Assembly (NCBI GenBank): GCA_963722385.1 | Contig: CAVRKK010000002.1 | Location: forward strand, 896,001 to 960,000 | Reading direction: 5' to 3' | DNA length: 64,000 nt | DNA from: an uncultured bacterium | Lineage (GTDB): Bacteria; Babelota; Babeliae; Babelales; Babelaceae | In this document: positions 21,151-31,258 of the stretch, piece by piece | Position numbering within the stretch: position 1 is the first letter of the stretch | How the letters are laid out: each line of letters starts with the position of its first letter | Position numbers and translations under genes: made by a program | The notes under the pieces: model-generated | Seen by the model: only the letters and a program-made list of their open reading frames with translations | Databases searched by the model: none | Told to the model about the DNA's origin: nothing

Positions 21151-21364
21151 TCTTATTGCCCATTTTCTCTAAAAAACAGCATTAGTATAGATCTTTTGGT
21201 CAGAAGTTGCAATTGCGGCATATTTGTACATTAAGCTGGCAAGATGATTGCGTAGCTTTCAAGAATCTGATTTTTACTAAAATATTAACTAAATTACTAT
21301 AGACATTTCATAGTTAATCTATTATGATAAATATTTGTTTTTTTATTAAAGGAGCGGTATTAAC

Positions 21365-21838
21365 ATGTTTAATAAATTTATCTTGAGAGCACTTTTAGTG
21401 AGCTTAGCGGCCATTAATGTTGCAGCAGCTGAGAAAAAGGAGTTGGTTATTGCTGAAAAGCCTGAAAGTCTGGCGGTGACAGATTTCGGCTCTGAACCAC
21501 TTCCGTCTCGGCAAGCCGTTGATAAACTTGTGCATTTTGCTGATGCTGAGGTCCAGGAAATGATATCTGTGTCGAAGGAAACGGGGTGGAAGCCCACAGA
21601 AACAGCTGATTCGATTGTTATCAGTAAGGCGACCTTCGATGCTCTCATAAAAGAATTCAAAGAGACGTCCTATTTTGGTTTACCCGGTTTAGCAAGCAGG
21701 GTAATTGAATATCAAGGCGAAGAATTCGTTCTAATGCCTAAGGACGCAATGCTAACTTTTGGCTTAGCGTTAACTGTTGGTAGCCTTATCCCAGTGCTTA
21801 TTTTTATCGGATACTTAGGCTATGCGACGCATAAATGA
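21365..21838 (+). CDS. Hypothetical protein with signal peptide and C-terminal TM helix
   Basis: AAGGAG RBS; N-terminal signal peptide; hydrophobic C-terminus. Confidence 0.7.
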   Translation: MFNKFILRALLVSLAAINVAAAEKKELVIAEKPESLAVTDFGSEPLPSRQAVDKLVHFADAEVQEMISVSKETGWKPTETADSIVISKATFDALIKEFKETSYFGLPGLASRVIEYQGEEFVLMPKDAMLTFGLALTVGSLIPVLIFIGYLGYATHK

Positions 21839-21926
21839 CTTCACTGGAAAGGAAGATTGCAGGCCAGGTTAGAGGAAGAGCAGGTGGTTATTAGCCTCTG
21901 GTTGCCAACAAGCAGGGCTGGAGGGA

Positions 21927-22790
21927 CTACCGGCCGGTTATGGTGATATCGCCTTTGGTTACGTCGATGGTGATTGGTGGCCCTGAGGAGCCAAGTGTTC
22001 CCCGCGCTTCGCGTCGCATCCGCCCCCACGATTCTTTGGTGAGCACGGTGGTTCGAGCGGCCAGGGTGATAGGTATGGTGCACGTTAAGGTGCCTCTGAA
22101 AGTGCGCGCATTGAGGTCTGCATTGATTTTCTTAGGCAAAGCAAGCTTTATGTCCCCTTTTTCGATTGTTTCTATAAAGAGCGATCCCTTAGGGTCGAGC
22201 TTCTTTTGCGTAATAAAAATGGTGCCTCTTCCGGTCTTGGCCGTCAGGCTTTGTGCTGCTTCATGAATAGTTATCGTACCTCGCGATGTAGCGACATCAA
22301 GAGGGCAGTTGGTACCCTCTTCGACGGTGACCGGCCCGAGCTGACTTGTAACCATAATGCGTCCGATATCTTTAGGAACTGCAATAGTATAATCGACGGT
22401 AACAGAGCTTGATGGATCAGTTGTCATGGTCTTAACCGTAATTGTTGAGCGGCAGCTTTTTTCATCGTCCTCGATCAAGGGAACTACTGCTTTTTTATCG
22501 GGGACATCTGATACCACGAGCTCCGTCGAGGGCAGCTCTTCAGCAATGCCACGCTTTACCGCGGTGACCGTAAGCATGCCACGACTTGGACTCGGCTTAA
22601 TCGTGACCGAGCCATTCAAGGCGTGAACTGCCAAACAGGCTCCCGGTAAAAGCTTAGTATTTTTGGTTACTGTTTCTTCTTCTTTAAAAAAAGGAAGCGG
22701 CTTTTTCCACCAGGTCGCCTCAAGGCACCAGGAGCTTGCCAGCAATATAACCAATGTTCTTTTTTTGCCAATACGAGGAATCTGTATCAT
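21927..22790 (-). CDS. DUF4097-like beta-strand-repeat (putative adhesin) protein
   Basis: Repeated 'T..G.I.I' units (TSRGTITI, TGRGTIFI, TFRGTLT, VTKGDITI) and VDYTIAVP. Confidence 0.7.
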   Translation of the reverse strand: MIQIPRIGKKRTLVILLASSWCLEATWWKKPLPFFKEEETVTKNTKLLPGACLAVHALNGSVTIKPSPSRGMLTVTAVKRGIAEELPSTELVVSDVPDKKAVVPLIEDDEKSCRSTITVKTMTTDPSSSVTVDYTIAVPKDIGRIMVTSQLGPVTVEEGTNCPLDVATSRGTITIHEAAQSLTAKTGRGTIFITQKKLDPKGSLFIETIEKGDIKLALPKKINADLNARTFRGTLTCTIPITLAARTTVLTKESWGRMRREARGTLGSSGPPITIDVTKGDITITGR

Positions 22791-22997
22791 ATTTCACTAT
22801 CCCCTGCGGCCTCGGCCGTCATAAAAGCCAAAGATCTCGATCTTTCTATTACCTACCATATTACAGAATAAAAATAAATGGTATATTAAATAAATGAAAG
22901 ATCAGATTTATTGGGCGTCGGCTTGACGCAATAAACTGTACTTGTCATAAAATTCAAGACGATTTAGTTCAAGCAACTTTTAATTACGGACGATCAA

Positions 22998-24077
22998 ATG
23001 AAACAGCTATTTTTAAGTATATGGTTAAGCGTGGCGGTGGCATGCTGTGCCGCTTCTGCTCCCCTAACAGAATCCTTAGGGCATTATGCCCTCCCTAATG
23101 GGACACTCGTTGATCAGGTCATGAGAAATTGTTCTATAACGCATGATGTAGAAGTGGTAGAAGGCTCTTTTAACCGGAGCTGGTATACGCCATCTTTGCT
23201 TGAAAAAACGATTTTTGCGTGCGACTTATGTGGTAGCCTGGCGCATTTTTTTGTACCCATGTTAAAGAATTATGCCGGCGGCACGTTTATGCTTGAGGTT
23301 AAAGGTGAAGCTGCTCATCAGTCTCATCTCGAGCGCTTATTGCACCTTGCTTCCCTCTATCATGAGATGGGCCACATCGCGCACCAAAACGGTAGGCTCG
23401 ACGAAAAGGTTAATGGGCGCTTATTTTTTAATAGAGAAGTGCAAGAGCATCAAGAAAAATTGCGTCATATACAAAAATTTGTTAAATCGCTGGGCTTTGG
23501 TCATGTATTTAAGCATGTTGCCGGAAGCGCTTTAGAAGATCAAGTATACACGGCACTTCTTAATCGCTCTGACTTTAAAGCCGACCTTGAGAGGATTGAT
23601 GAATTTCGAAGAGTCGGTAGCAATTTTCTTATGAACGTGAGCTCTCAGCTGGCGCTTGCGCAGATACTTTTACCTGACCTTAACGCTGTATTATGGGATG
23701 AGCCTGACTGTCAGATGTGCCGCAACAAAATGATTTATAAGCGCGGCAAAGAAAAAAGAGCTGACTTATTTGCTATCGATAAATTATGGCACAATGATCG
23801 CCTTGATGTTATTATAGCTAACATCTATCTGCATGGGTATTTAGGGTATAAAGCAGCTCGAAGCGATATTCACCCATCAGGCGCGGAGCGAGCCCTTTTT
23901 ATGATAGGATTTTTAGTGGCTCACGGTGTTGATGTTCTTGCGTATATGCATCAGTTTGAGCAGAGCTATCTTGATGAAATTAAAGAAAAAGGTGCGATCT
24001 ACCTTTTCAAGCAAGTCGTAAGTGAGCTCGTAAATGAGCACAGCGAACATGAAAATGTGGGTTCGTCGTTACTCTAA
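22998..24077 (+). CDS. Exported zinc metallopeptidase, M48-like
   Basis: Signal peptide; HEMGH, EKRAD and HPSGAER motifs. Confidence 0.7.
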   Translation: MKQLFLSIWLSVAVACCAASAPLTESLGHYALPNGTLVDQVMRNCSITHDVEVVEGSFNRSWYTPSLLEKTIFACDLCGSLAHFFVPMLKNYAGGTFMLEVKGEAAHQSHLERLLHLASLYHEMGHIAHQNGRLDEKVNGRLFFNREVQEHQEKLRHIQKFVKSLGFGHVFKHVAGSALEDQVYTALLNRSDFKADLERIDEFRRVGSNFLMNVSSQLALAQILLPDLNAVLWDEPDCQMCRNKMIYKRGKEKRADLFAIDKLWHNDRLDVIIANIYLHGYLGYKAARSDIHPSGAERALFMIGFLVAHGVDVLAYMHQFEQSYLDEIKEKGAIYLFKQVVSELVNEHSEHENVGSSLL

Positions 24078-24095
24078 AATTGGTGGAAGGCAGGT

Positions 24096-25484
24096 ATGAT
24101 CGTTATTGAGAAGCTATTTTCTCAACCAGAGCTTAACCGCGTGCGGCAAGCTCTGCAAGCGATTGAAGTTGCTGGTGGTAAAGCGTATCTTGTCGGTGGC
24201 GCTGTTCGTGATCTGCTTCTTGATAGAGTTGCCAAGGATAGCGATATAGAAGTTCACTATCTTTCGCTCGAAGAGCTAGAGAAAGTGCTGCAAGCATATG
24301 GCGTTGTAAATCAGGTGGGCAAATTTTTTGGCGTGCTTAAGTGGGAGCATAGCGCGATTGATTGGTCAATCCCGCGGCGTGATTTTGCGGGCAGAAGACC
24401 TGATGTTGAGCTTAACCCCGCAATGGGTATTAAGCAAGCGCTCAGGCGCCGCGACCTTACGATTAATGCTATGGCTCTTGATTTGGCAACGGGGGACCTG
24501 ATTGATCCTTTTAATGGGCAAAGTGACCTGAGTAACCGTGTTGCACGCAGCCCTGACATCAAATTTTTTGCCGAAGATCCGTTGCGGTTCTATCGTGTTA
24601 TGCAATTTATTGCGCGCTTTGAGCTTGTCCCTGATGCTGAGCTTAATGAGCTATGCCGTACCATGGAGATTGCATCTGTTTCTGTAGAGCGCATTGAAGC
24701 TGAGTTCGACAAGCTGTTCTTGCTCGCTCGTTCCCCTTCCCGTGGGATTCGCTGGGTGGCTGTGCTTGGTCGGCTTTCTGAGGTCTTGCCTGAGTTGGCG
24801 GCTACGGTGGGTATTTTGCAGCGATATGACTGGCATCCCGAGGGGGATGTATTTGAGCATACGATGCAAGCGATTGATGCAGCAGCCCAGCTTGAGTATG
24901 ACAGTCAGTACGATAAGCTTTTAATTGTATCTGCTGCGCTTTGCCATGACCTGGGTAAAGCTATTTCAACGTTTATACGTGATGGCCGTATTAGGAGTAC
25001 CGGGCACGATATTGAGGGTGTACCTCTTGCTAAAAGTCTTATGTCCCGGCTTACGCATCATAAAAAGCGTAGAGCGTCCGTCGCCAAGCTCGTATGGCAT
25101 CACATGGCGCCTGGGCTTTTTGTGCGGAACAACGCTTCTGATGCGGCTTATCGGCGCTTAGCTGTCAAGCTGGCTCCTGATGTAAATTGCTATTTATTAT
25201 CATTGCTGGCGGAGGCTGACATGCGTGGCCGAAATCCGGTGCGGGGCAGCCCGTTGCCGGGTCCGATTCCTGCCGTCGTTCAATTTCGCGAGCATGCTGA
25301 GCGAGTTGGTGTTCTCTATGGGCCAGTACCGTTTTTGCTTGTTGGGGCTGATCTTTTAGATGTTCTAAGCCCGGGGCCGGAGCTCGGAAAGGTGCTCAAG
25401 CGCGCCTATGATCTGCAAATTAATGAAAATATTACGGATAAGAGCTTGCTTAAAAAGCGAGCATTAGCCGTGCTCAAGCGCTAA
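24096..25484 (+). CDS. cca: CCA-adding tRNA nucleotidyltransferase with HD domain
   Basis: YLVGGAVRDLLL..DSD, RRDLTINA, EDPLR, HPEGDVFEHT, LCHDLGK. Confidence 0.92.
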   Translation: MIVIEKLFSQPELNRVRQALQAIEVAGGKAYLVGGAVRDLLLDRVAKDSDIEVHYLSLEELEKVLQAYGVVNQVGKFFGVLKWEHSAIDWSIPRRDFAGRRPDVELNPAMGIKQALRRRDLTINAMALDLATGDLIDPFNGQSDLSNRVARSPDIKFFAEDPLRFYRVMQFIARFELVPDAELNELCRTMEIASVSVERIEAEFDKLFLLARSPSRGIRWVAVLGRLSEVLPELAATVGILQRYDWHPEGDVFEHTMQAIDAAAQLEYDSQYDKLLIVSAALCHDLGKAISTFIRDGRIRSTGHDIEGVPLAKSLMSRLTHHKKRRASVAKLVWHHMAPGLFVRNNASDAAYRRLAVKLAPDVNCYLLSLLAEADMRGRNPVRGSPLPGPIPAVVQFREHAERVGVLYGPVPFLLVGADLLDVLSPGPELGKVLKRAYDLQINENITDKSLLKKRALAVLKR

Positions 25485-25496
25485 GAATCGAATCGC

Positions 25497-25919
25497 TGCT
25501 TGGCCAGCGGAGCTTAGGCGAAGCCGGGCGCGGCTGGCCAAGCACATTGAATCACCTTAAATTGAATTGAAAAATTGAATTGAACTGAATCGCCTGCGCG
25601 GCTGGCGGCTAAGGGACATCGTCCCTTAGCAATCCCGATGCAATAGTAGAGATGAGTAACGCATGCGTGTGAGTAGTTATCGTACGCCGAAGCGTACGAT
25701 AACTTACGCTATTATCATGTACGCTGCGCTCCATGATAAAAAATTAATATCGCTTTCTATTTTCCGTCAGGAAAATTGCGTTTGCCGTAATCATGCGCTC
25801 CGCATGGTTACGGCGTCACAGAAGTAAACAATAAGCATGTGGGGGAATAAAACGAATCGACAGGTGCAGGAGCACGCTCCTGCTGCCCGCCGCATAGGCG
25901 CGCCCGCTGCGCAGGCGAT
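25497..25919. repeat. Multi-hairpin non-coding element (MITE/REP-like or structured RNA)
   Basis: IR 25497-25508/25533-25544; AATTG-type short repeats 25559-25590; 19-nt outer IR 25589-25607/25901-25919 enclosing six hairpins. Confidence 0.75.
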
Positions 25920-25994
25920 ATTTATTCCAGCCAATTGTCAAATAATAAGTTGGCTGCTATGATTAAGCATATAACGTCAATACGAGCAATAGAC

Positions 25995-27026
25995 ATGCTA
26001 GACCTGCAAACAGCGATAGAAAATTTCGCGCACAACTTCTTTCAGGCCGTAGAGGCAACGCATAACGAAAGCGAGCTTGAGTCAGTACGCCTCACATACC
26101 TGAGCCGTCACGGCCAGCTGGCAGGGCTTATGGCTATGCTTAAAGATCTTTCGCCCGACCAAAAACGCCTCTGGGGCCCACGATTGAACGAGCTCAAAGA
26201 AAAAGCACATGCTGCTTTTGAACACAAAGAGAAGCTTTTCGAACAACAACAAACAAACCGCGCACTGGCGCAAAAGCAGCACTTTGATGTGACCATCGCC
26301 AAGCCCCAGTTGCAGGGCAGCCTACACCCCTACACCGCTGTCATTGAAAGCATTGAGGACATTTGTATGTCCATGGGCTTTGCTATCGTGGATGGTCCCG
26401 AAGTCGAAACACCATTCTACAATTTTGAAGCGCTTAATATTCCCGTTGACCATCCGGCCCGGGACACCCATGACACGTTCTGGCTCAATCTTCCAGGGTA
26501 CCTTTTGCGTACGCATACCTCATCAGTACAGGTGCATACCATGAAAAATAACAAGCCTCCGTTGGCGCTGTGCGCACCGGGGCGCGTTTACCGCCATGAA
26601 GCAACTGATGCTACCCATGATTTTGTTTTTAGCCAATTTGAAGTGCTCGTCATCGATAAGAATCTCGCCCTCACTCACCTGCTTGGCACCTTAAAAGTTT
26701 TTATGCAGGCGCTCTTTAAAAATCGTGACATCGATATCCGCGTCAGGCCAAGCTACTTCCCTTTTGTCGAGCCAGGCCTTGACGTCGGCGTCACCTGCCC
26801 GTTTTGTAAAACAGGCTGCTCTATTTGCAAATATAAGAGATGGATAGAGCTTGCTGGCGCCGGCATGGTACATCCCCACGTGCTTACAGCTTGCGGTATC
26901 GACCCACGCCAATGGAGCGGCTTCGCCTGGGGTATGGGAATTGAGCGTCTCGCCATGCTGATCTATCAGATCTATGATATCCGTCTCTTTAAAAGTGAGA
27001 AAGTAGAATTTCTTAAACAATTTTAA
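25995..27026 (+). CDS. pheS: Phenylalanine--tRNA ligase alpha subunit
   Basis: NFEALNIP.DHPARD.HDTF, LRTHTS, FPFVEP, GFAWGMGIERLAM. Confidence 0.97.
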   Translation: MLDLQTAIENFAHNFFQAVEATHNESELESVRLTYLSRHGQLAGLMAMLKDLSPDQKRLWGPRLNELKEKAHAAFEHKEKLFEQQQTNRALAQKQHFDVTIAKPQLQGSLHPYTAVIESIEDICMSMGFAIVDGPEVETPFYNFEALNIPVDHPARDTHDTFWLNLPGYLLRTHTSSVQVHTMKNNKPPLALCAPGRVYRHEATDATHDFVFSQFEVLVIDKNLALTHLLGTLKVFMQALFKNRDIDIRVRPSYFPFVEPGLDVGVTCPFCKTGCSICKYKRWIELAGAGMVHPHVLTACGIDPRQWSGFAWGMGIERLAMLIYQIYDIRLFKSEKVEFLKQF

Positions 27027-27105
27027 TTAATCATGAGATTAATCAGATCGATCAATGCAGCATTAATCGGATAGAAGTCAACAAAGACAGCAGGCCGGCT
27101 AAAAA

Positions 27106-27134
27106 TTGACGCCCTTTCGTTTTGTTAGTATATT
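27106..27134 (+). promoter_or_regulatory. Putative sigma70 promoter for ankyrin gene
   Basis: TTGACG-17 nt-TATATT. Confidence 0.5.
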
Positions 27135-27166
27135 CTGTTAATAACTATAATAATCGGAACAAAAAA

Positions 27167-29449
27167 ATGAAAATTTATAATATTTTTTTGGTGATTGCTT
27201 TTTTATCATTCATGGGTAACCTCGATGCTATGGAGAATCCCGGTGAATCGCAAGAAGAAATTTCTAGCAAGCAGCAAGAATTAGACCGAGCGCTGATTAA
27301 TGCAATTTACGCCAATGATGTCAATAAAGCAAAAAAAGCTCTCGAACAAGGGGCCAACCCGTGTGCTTGTGGGACGTCTGGGGAAATTCCTGCAATCATT
27401 TTAGCTGCCATTATGCCGAACGCTTTAGAGCTCATACAGCTTTTGGTAGAGCACGGGGCTGACATTAACGTCCAGTGTCCAACAGCCTGGTTTAGCGGGA
27501 GTGCGCCTATCGCGCAAGGGACACCGGCTCTTTTTGTCTTTATTGATCATAATTTGGCAAAAAATTACGAAATTACCGAGGCAGAGCTTGTTCAGTTTAT
27601 GCTTCTTGGTGCCGAGCGGTGTCTGCCACAGGGGATTTCCAGCATGCATTATCCGCTAGCTCTTAGCACTTTACTTTTTGTATATGGTTTTATACGTGCA
27701 CTCAAATTTAACTTCGTTACCCAAGAATATGTGACCAATTTTGCAATAAATATTTCTGGCATTCAAGCAATATTAGCAAAAAATGAAAAGGACAAGCTTA
27801 CCTCTCAAGACATTCAGGTACTTCGCGATTCTTTCCCGATTGCTATAGCAATGGACAATGGTATGTTTGAATTGAGCCCCCTCTTAAGTGGCCTCCTTAG
27901 ATGGTTTTCTGACTCCCTTAATCTGCTCGACGGTTTTGTCCATGCTGCGCTGATAGGCAGCAATAAAGCTTTGGAAGCAATTTATGAGGCTGATAAAGGT
28001 TTGCTATGGCCCGCAACGTTTGAAAAAGCGCTTTCTTATGCCCTTGCTCAACTTAACTATGAGAGTATATTTCAGATATTGGATATCGCGTCTGTAAATA
28101 AAATAACTATTAATTTAACTGGTTTCGAGCTTGCGGTTGTTCATCGCTTAAGTATCAAAACCATCAATAAGAAAGACCAAAGAGAATTAGAATATTTACT
28201 TTGTTGTATACGTGCTTTAGGTCTTAGTGCCGACATAGTAGTGCTTAATGAGTCGCTTATCAACGCTATTCAAGCAGATGACGTAGAGGCAGCCAAAAGT
28301 GCGCTTGCCAATGGAGCTCATGCAGATGCTCTTAATGATGGAATGCCGGCCATTATCTTAGCCGCTACCAAAAAGCATGCTTGGGACTTCATCAAGCTTT
28401 TGGTTGCTTGCGGTGCTGATATTAACACACCAAATCCGCGAGACTTCTATAGGGTAGACGAGGAGGTTGAGGAGATTGTTGTCGATGCAACACCATTTTT
28501 TATTTTCATGGCGTATCACCCTGGCATTATTACTCATGAGATGCTGACTGAATTTATGATGCTGGGAGTCCAGATTAAGCGTTATGAGTTTGTTGAAGCT
28601 TTTCGGTATGTTACAGCCGATTTAAATTCAATCTTTGAGTTGCTCTTTAAGTATGGCTTAAGGATTCCTGAGAAACCACGGCCATGTGTTTGTTATTTAC
28701 AAGGTCAACCATTACTTGATTATATACTTCTACCAGCATTTAAAGAATACATGTTTCCGCATTTAGCTGAATACGAAGAAGAATTGACGGCACAGTATCA
28801 GGAATTACAGGAAAAAGCCCTGTCTCAACTTGACCAATTACAGAAAAAAGCAGAAAGCAATGAGCTTACCATCAGTGATACCCAGTTGATTCAGCAAGCA
28901 TTTCTTTTTGCTATTGCGCAACATAATGATACCATATTACACATGATTCTCGAGCATTTTCTCCTCCATGTTGATTTTGTGAAAGGCTTTGACCACGCTG
29001 CCCTCATGGGCAATACGAATGCTTTGCAAGCAATTTTTAATGCCGCTTCCAATTTACCTCCAGAAACTAATTTATTATTGCCGGTAGATAGGTTATATAC
29101 AGCACTTGCCAACGCGTTAGCCCAGCGACATGTAGATGCTGTCCGTTGGATTTTGCACCTTGCCTTTCAGCGCAATATTGCTCTCGACCTTGATCGGTTC
29201 CAGCAAACACTTGTCAAAAGACTGGCGCTGCCAAGGCTTGCTAAGCGAGAACAAAAGAAGCTTAAAGATCTCGTTCAAGCTATGAACAATGCGCAAGCAG
29301 GGCGTATATTGAGTCCCTATGCACAGGGTCTTTGTTTCAGTGTTAACCAGATTACCTCACAAATCCAGCGGCTGCCACCTGAACTCTTCTCAGCGGTCAT
29401 AGCAATGCTCCTCGGCCCGCTGTATGAATCACGACATAAAAGCATATAG
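27167..29449 (+). CDS. Ankyrin-repeat protein, internally duplicated, with signal peptide and C-terminal F-box-like motif
   Basis: Two homologous halves (ALINAIYANDVNKAKKALEQGA / SLINAIQADDVEAAKSALANGA; LLVEHGADIN / LLVACGADIN); ends IQRLPPELFSAVIAML. Confidence 0.85.
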   Translation: MKIYNIFLVIAFLSFMGNLDAMENPGESQEEISSKQQELDRALINAIYANDVNKAKKALEQGANPCACGTSGEIPAIILAAIMPNALELIQLLVEHGADINVQCPTAWFSGSAPIAQGTPALFVFIDHNLAKNYEITEAELVQFMLLGAERCLPQGISSMHYPLALSTLLFVYGFIRALKFNFVTQEYVTNFAINISGIQAILAKNEKDKLTSQDIQVLRDSFPIAIAMDNGMFELSPLLSGLLRWFSDSLNLLDGFVHAALIGSNKALEAIYEADKGLLWPATFEKALSYALAQLNYESIFQILDIASVNKITINLTGFELAVVHRLSIKTINKKDQRELEYLLCCIRALGLSADIVVLNESLINAIQADDVEAAKSALANGAHADALNDGMPAIILAATKKHAWDFIKLLVACGADINTPNPRDFYRVDEEVEEIVVDATPFFIFMAYHPGIITHEMLTEFMMLGVQIKRYEFVEAFRYVTADLNSIFELLFKYGLRIPEKPRPCVCYLQGQPLLDYILLPAFKEYMFPHLAEYEEELTAQYQELQEKALSQLDQLQKKAESNELTISDTQLIQQAFLFAIAQHNDTILHMILEHFLLHVDFVKGFDHAALMGNTNALQAIFNAASNLPPETNLLLPVDRLYTALANALAQRHVDAVRWILHLAFQRNIALDLDRFQQTLVKRLALPRLAKREQKKLKDLVQAMNNAQAGRILSPYAQGLCFSVNQITSQIQRLPPELFSAVIAMLLGPLYESRHKSI

Positions 29450-29890
29450 TTTTGGGAGAAGGCATACTTTGCCAAGAACCGTGCTGCTCTTCAGATAAAC
29501 CAATGTTTGCAATAGCATCCTTTTTGAATTCAAAAGAAGTTCGTATAGATTCTGGTTGGGTAGTGCACCCCCGGCATAGAGGGTACAAGAGCAATACGGC
29601 AAGACGACTATCCTTCAAGTAGCAATGCATAGAAAAAAATTGCAATTCGCTACTATCTTACTATTGGTTATCCTTGGGATGACACCAGCAATTGCCAATG
29701 GGGCAAGAAGCCATGGTTCTTTAACTGGAGTTCTATAATTTCTTATAAGTTTGACAGGACGACAACATACTAATATTATCCAAAAATGCCCCCTTTTTTC
29801 TTTGTCAGTCCTTAAAAAAAGGGGGCATTTTTCTTGACCTCCTATGTATAAGTGCGGTAAACTCACTTATACATATGGAGATGTTGGAGA

Positions 29891-31258
29891 ATGATTATGC
29901 AAAGAACAGCTATGCAGTTTCTCAAAGATTGGCTTCTAGATTCAAGACGAAAGCCCCTTATTATAAGAGGAGCACGTCAAGTTGGTAAAACATGGCTGGT
30001 ACGTCAATTGGCTCATGAAAATGGACTGCAACTTATTGAGCTCAATTTTGAAAAGCTTTCCCGCATAGAATCTATTTTTGAATCTAATGATCCGCGAGAT
30101 ATCTTGTTGAGGATAAGCTCTTTTTTAGATATTGAAGCAATTAATCCTCATAAAAGCCTCCTTTTTTTTGATGAAATCCAAACCTTCCCTGCGGTTCTTG
30201 CAAAGTTGCGTTGGTTTGCAGAGGATATGCCTGAACTCCCCGTCATATCAGCAGGATCTCTCTTAGAATTTGTTTTAGAAAAAACAGAATTCAGTATGCC
30301 TGTTGGGCGGATCAGTTATATGTATCTTGAGCCATTATCTTTTGAAGAGTTTTTGCTTGCACACAAGAGTACCGGACTTCTTGAGTTCATAAAATCTTAT
30401 AACTGGGGCACTCCTGTTCCGCGAGCCATTCATGAAAAGATAATGGGCCTGTTTAAAGAATATATTATTGTTGGCGGAATGCCCGTTGCAGTTTTGAGCT
30501 GGACTGAAAAACGGAGTTTACAAGCTGTTCAATTCATTCACAGTGATCTTATTACAAGTTATAGAGACGATTTTGCGCGTTATGGAACGCGCATTGATAA
30601 AAATATCCTCGATGATGTTATGCAAGAAGTCCCTAAAAAACTTGGTCAAAAATTTATGTATAGCAAAGTTAATCCTAGTGCATCAGGAACGACTATAAAA
30701 AAGGCACTCGATTTGCTTTGTATGGCACGAATATGCGCAAAAGTTGAGGGAACTGATGCTAATGGTGTTCCTTTAGGTGCTGAGGTGCAGGACCGCCAGC
30801 TCAAGGTAATTTTTTTAGATGTTGGCTTATGTTCATCGGCACTCCGATTGTCACTCGATCACATTATATCAATTAACGAAATATATCTTATTAATTCCGG
30901 TGGTATTGCCGAGCAAGTTGCTGGACAGTTATTACGAACTATTGAACCATTTTACAGAGATCCTGCTTTATATTATTGGCACCGAGAATCCGGCTCTAGC
31001 GCTGAAATAGACTATGTTATACAGCACCATAACGCGGTAGTACCCCTCGAAATAAAGGCAGGAACAACCGGAAAATTGAGATCATTGCATGTGTTTATGG
31101 GTCTAAAAAAACTTTCTCTTGCTGTAAGAGTAAATTCTGATGTTCCACAGAAATCGCTGGTCAAAACTCATGATCTTTTAGGAAAACCTGTTGAATATGA
31201 TCTTTTATCATTACCCTTCTATCTGCTGGGTGAACTACATCGGCTCTTAGCACCGTAA
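29891..31258 (+). CDS. AAA_14 + DUF4143 ATPase with C-terminal PD-(D/E)xK-like segment
   Basis: KPLIIRGARQVGKT, FFDEIQ, GGMP, YYWHR...AEIDY...PLEIK. Confidence 0.9.
   Translation: MIMQRTAMQFLKDWLLDSRRKPLIIRGARQVGKTWLVRQLAHENGLQLIELNFEKLSRIESIFESNDPRDILLRISSFLDIEAINPHKSLLFFDEIQTFPAVLAKLRWFAEDMPELPVISAGSLLEFVLEKTEFSMPVGRISYMYLEPLSFEEFLLAHKSTGLLEFIKSYNWGTPVPRAIHEKIMGLFKEYIIVGGMPVAVLSWTEKRSLQAVQFIHSDLITSYRDDFARYGTRIDKNILDDVMQEVPKKLGQKFMYSKVNPSASGTTIKKALDLLCMARICAKVEGTDANGVPLGAEVQDRQLKVIFLDVGLCSSALRLSLDHIISINEIYLINSGGIAEQVAGQLLRTIEPFYRDPALYYWHRESGSSAEIDYVIQHHNAVVPLEIKAGTTGKLRSLHVFMGLKKLSLAVRVNSDVPQKSLVKTHDLLGKPVEYDLLSLPFYLLGELHRLLAP

Noticed and set aside
25559..25590. Short AATTG repeats as CRISPR or iteron array
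   Set aside because: Units are 5-7 nt without spacers; no CRISPR array or cas gene anywhere in the window.
25485..25994. T-box riboswitch upstream of pheS
   Set aside because: No GGTGGNACCGCG T-box or terminator/antiterminator pair seen; reported as an unclassified structured element instead.
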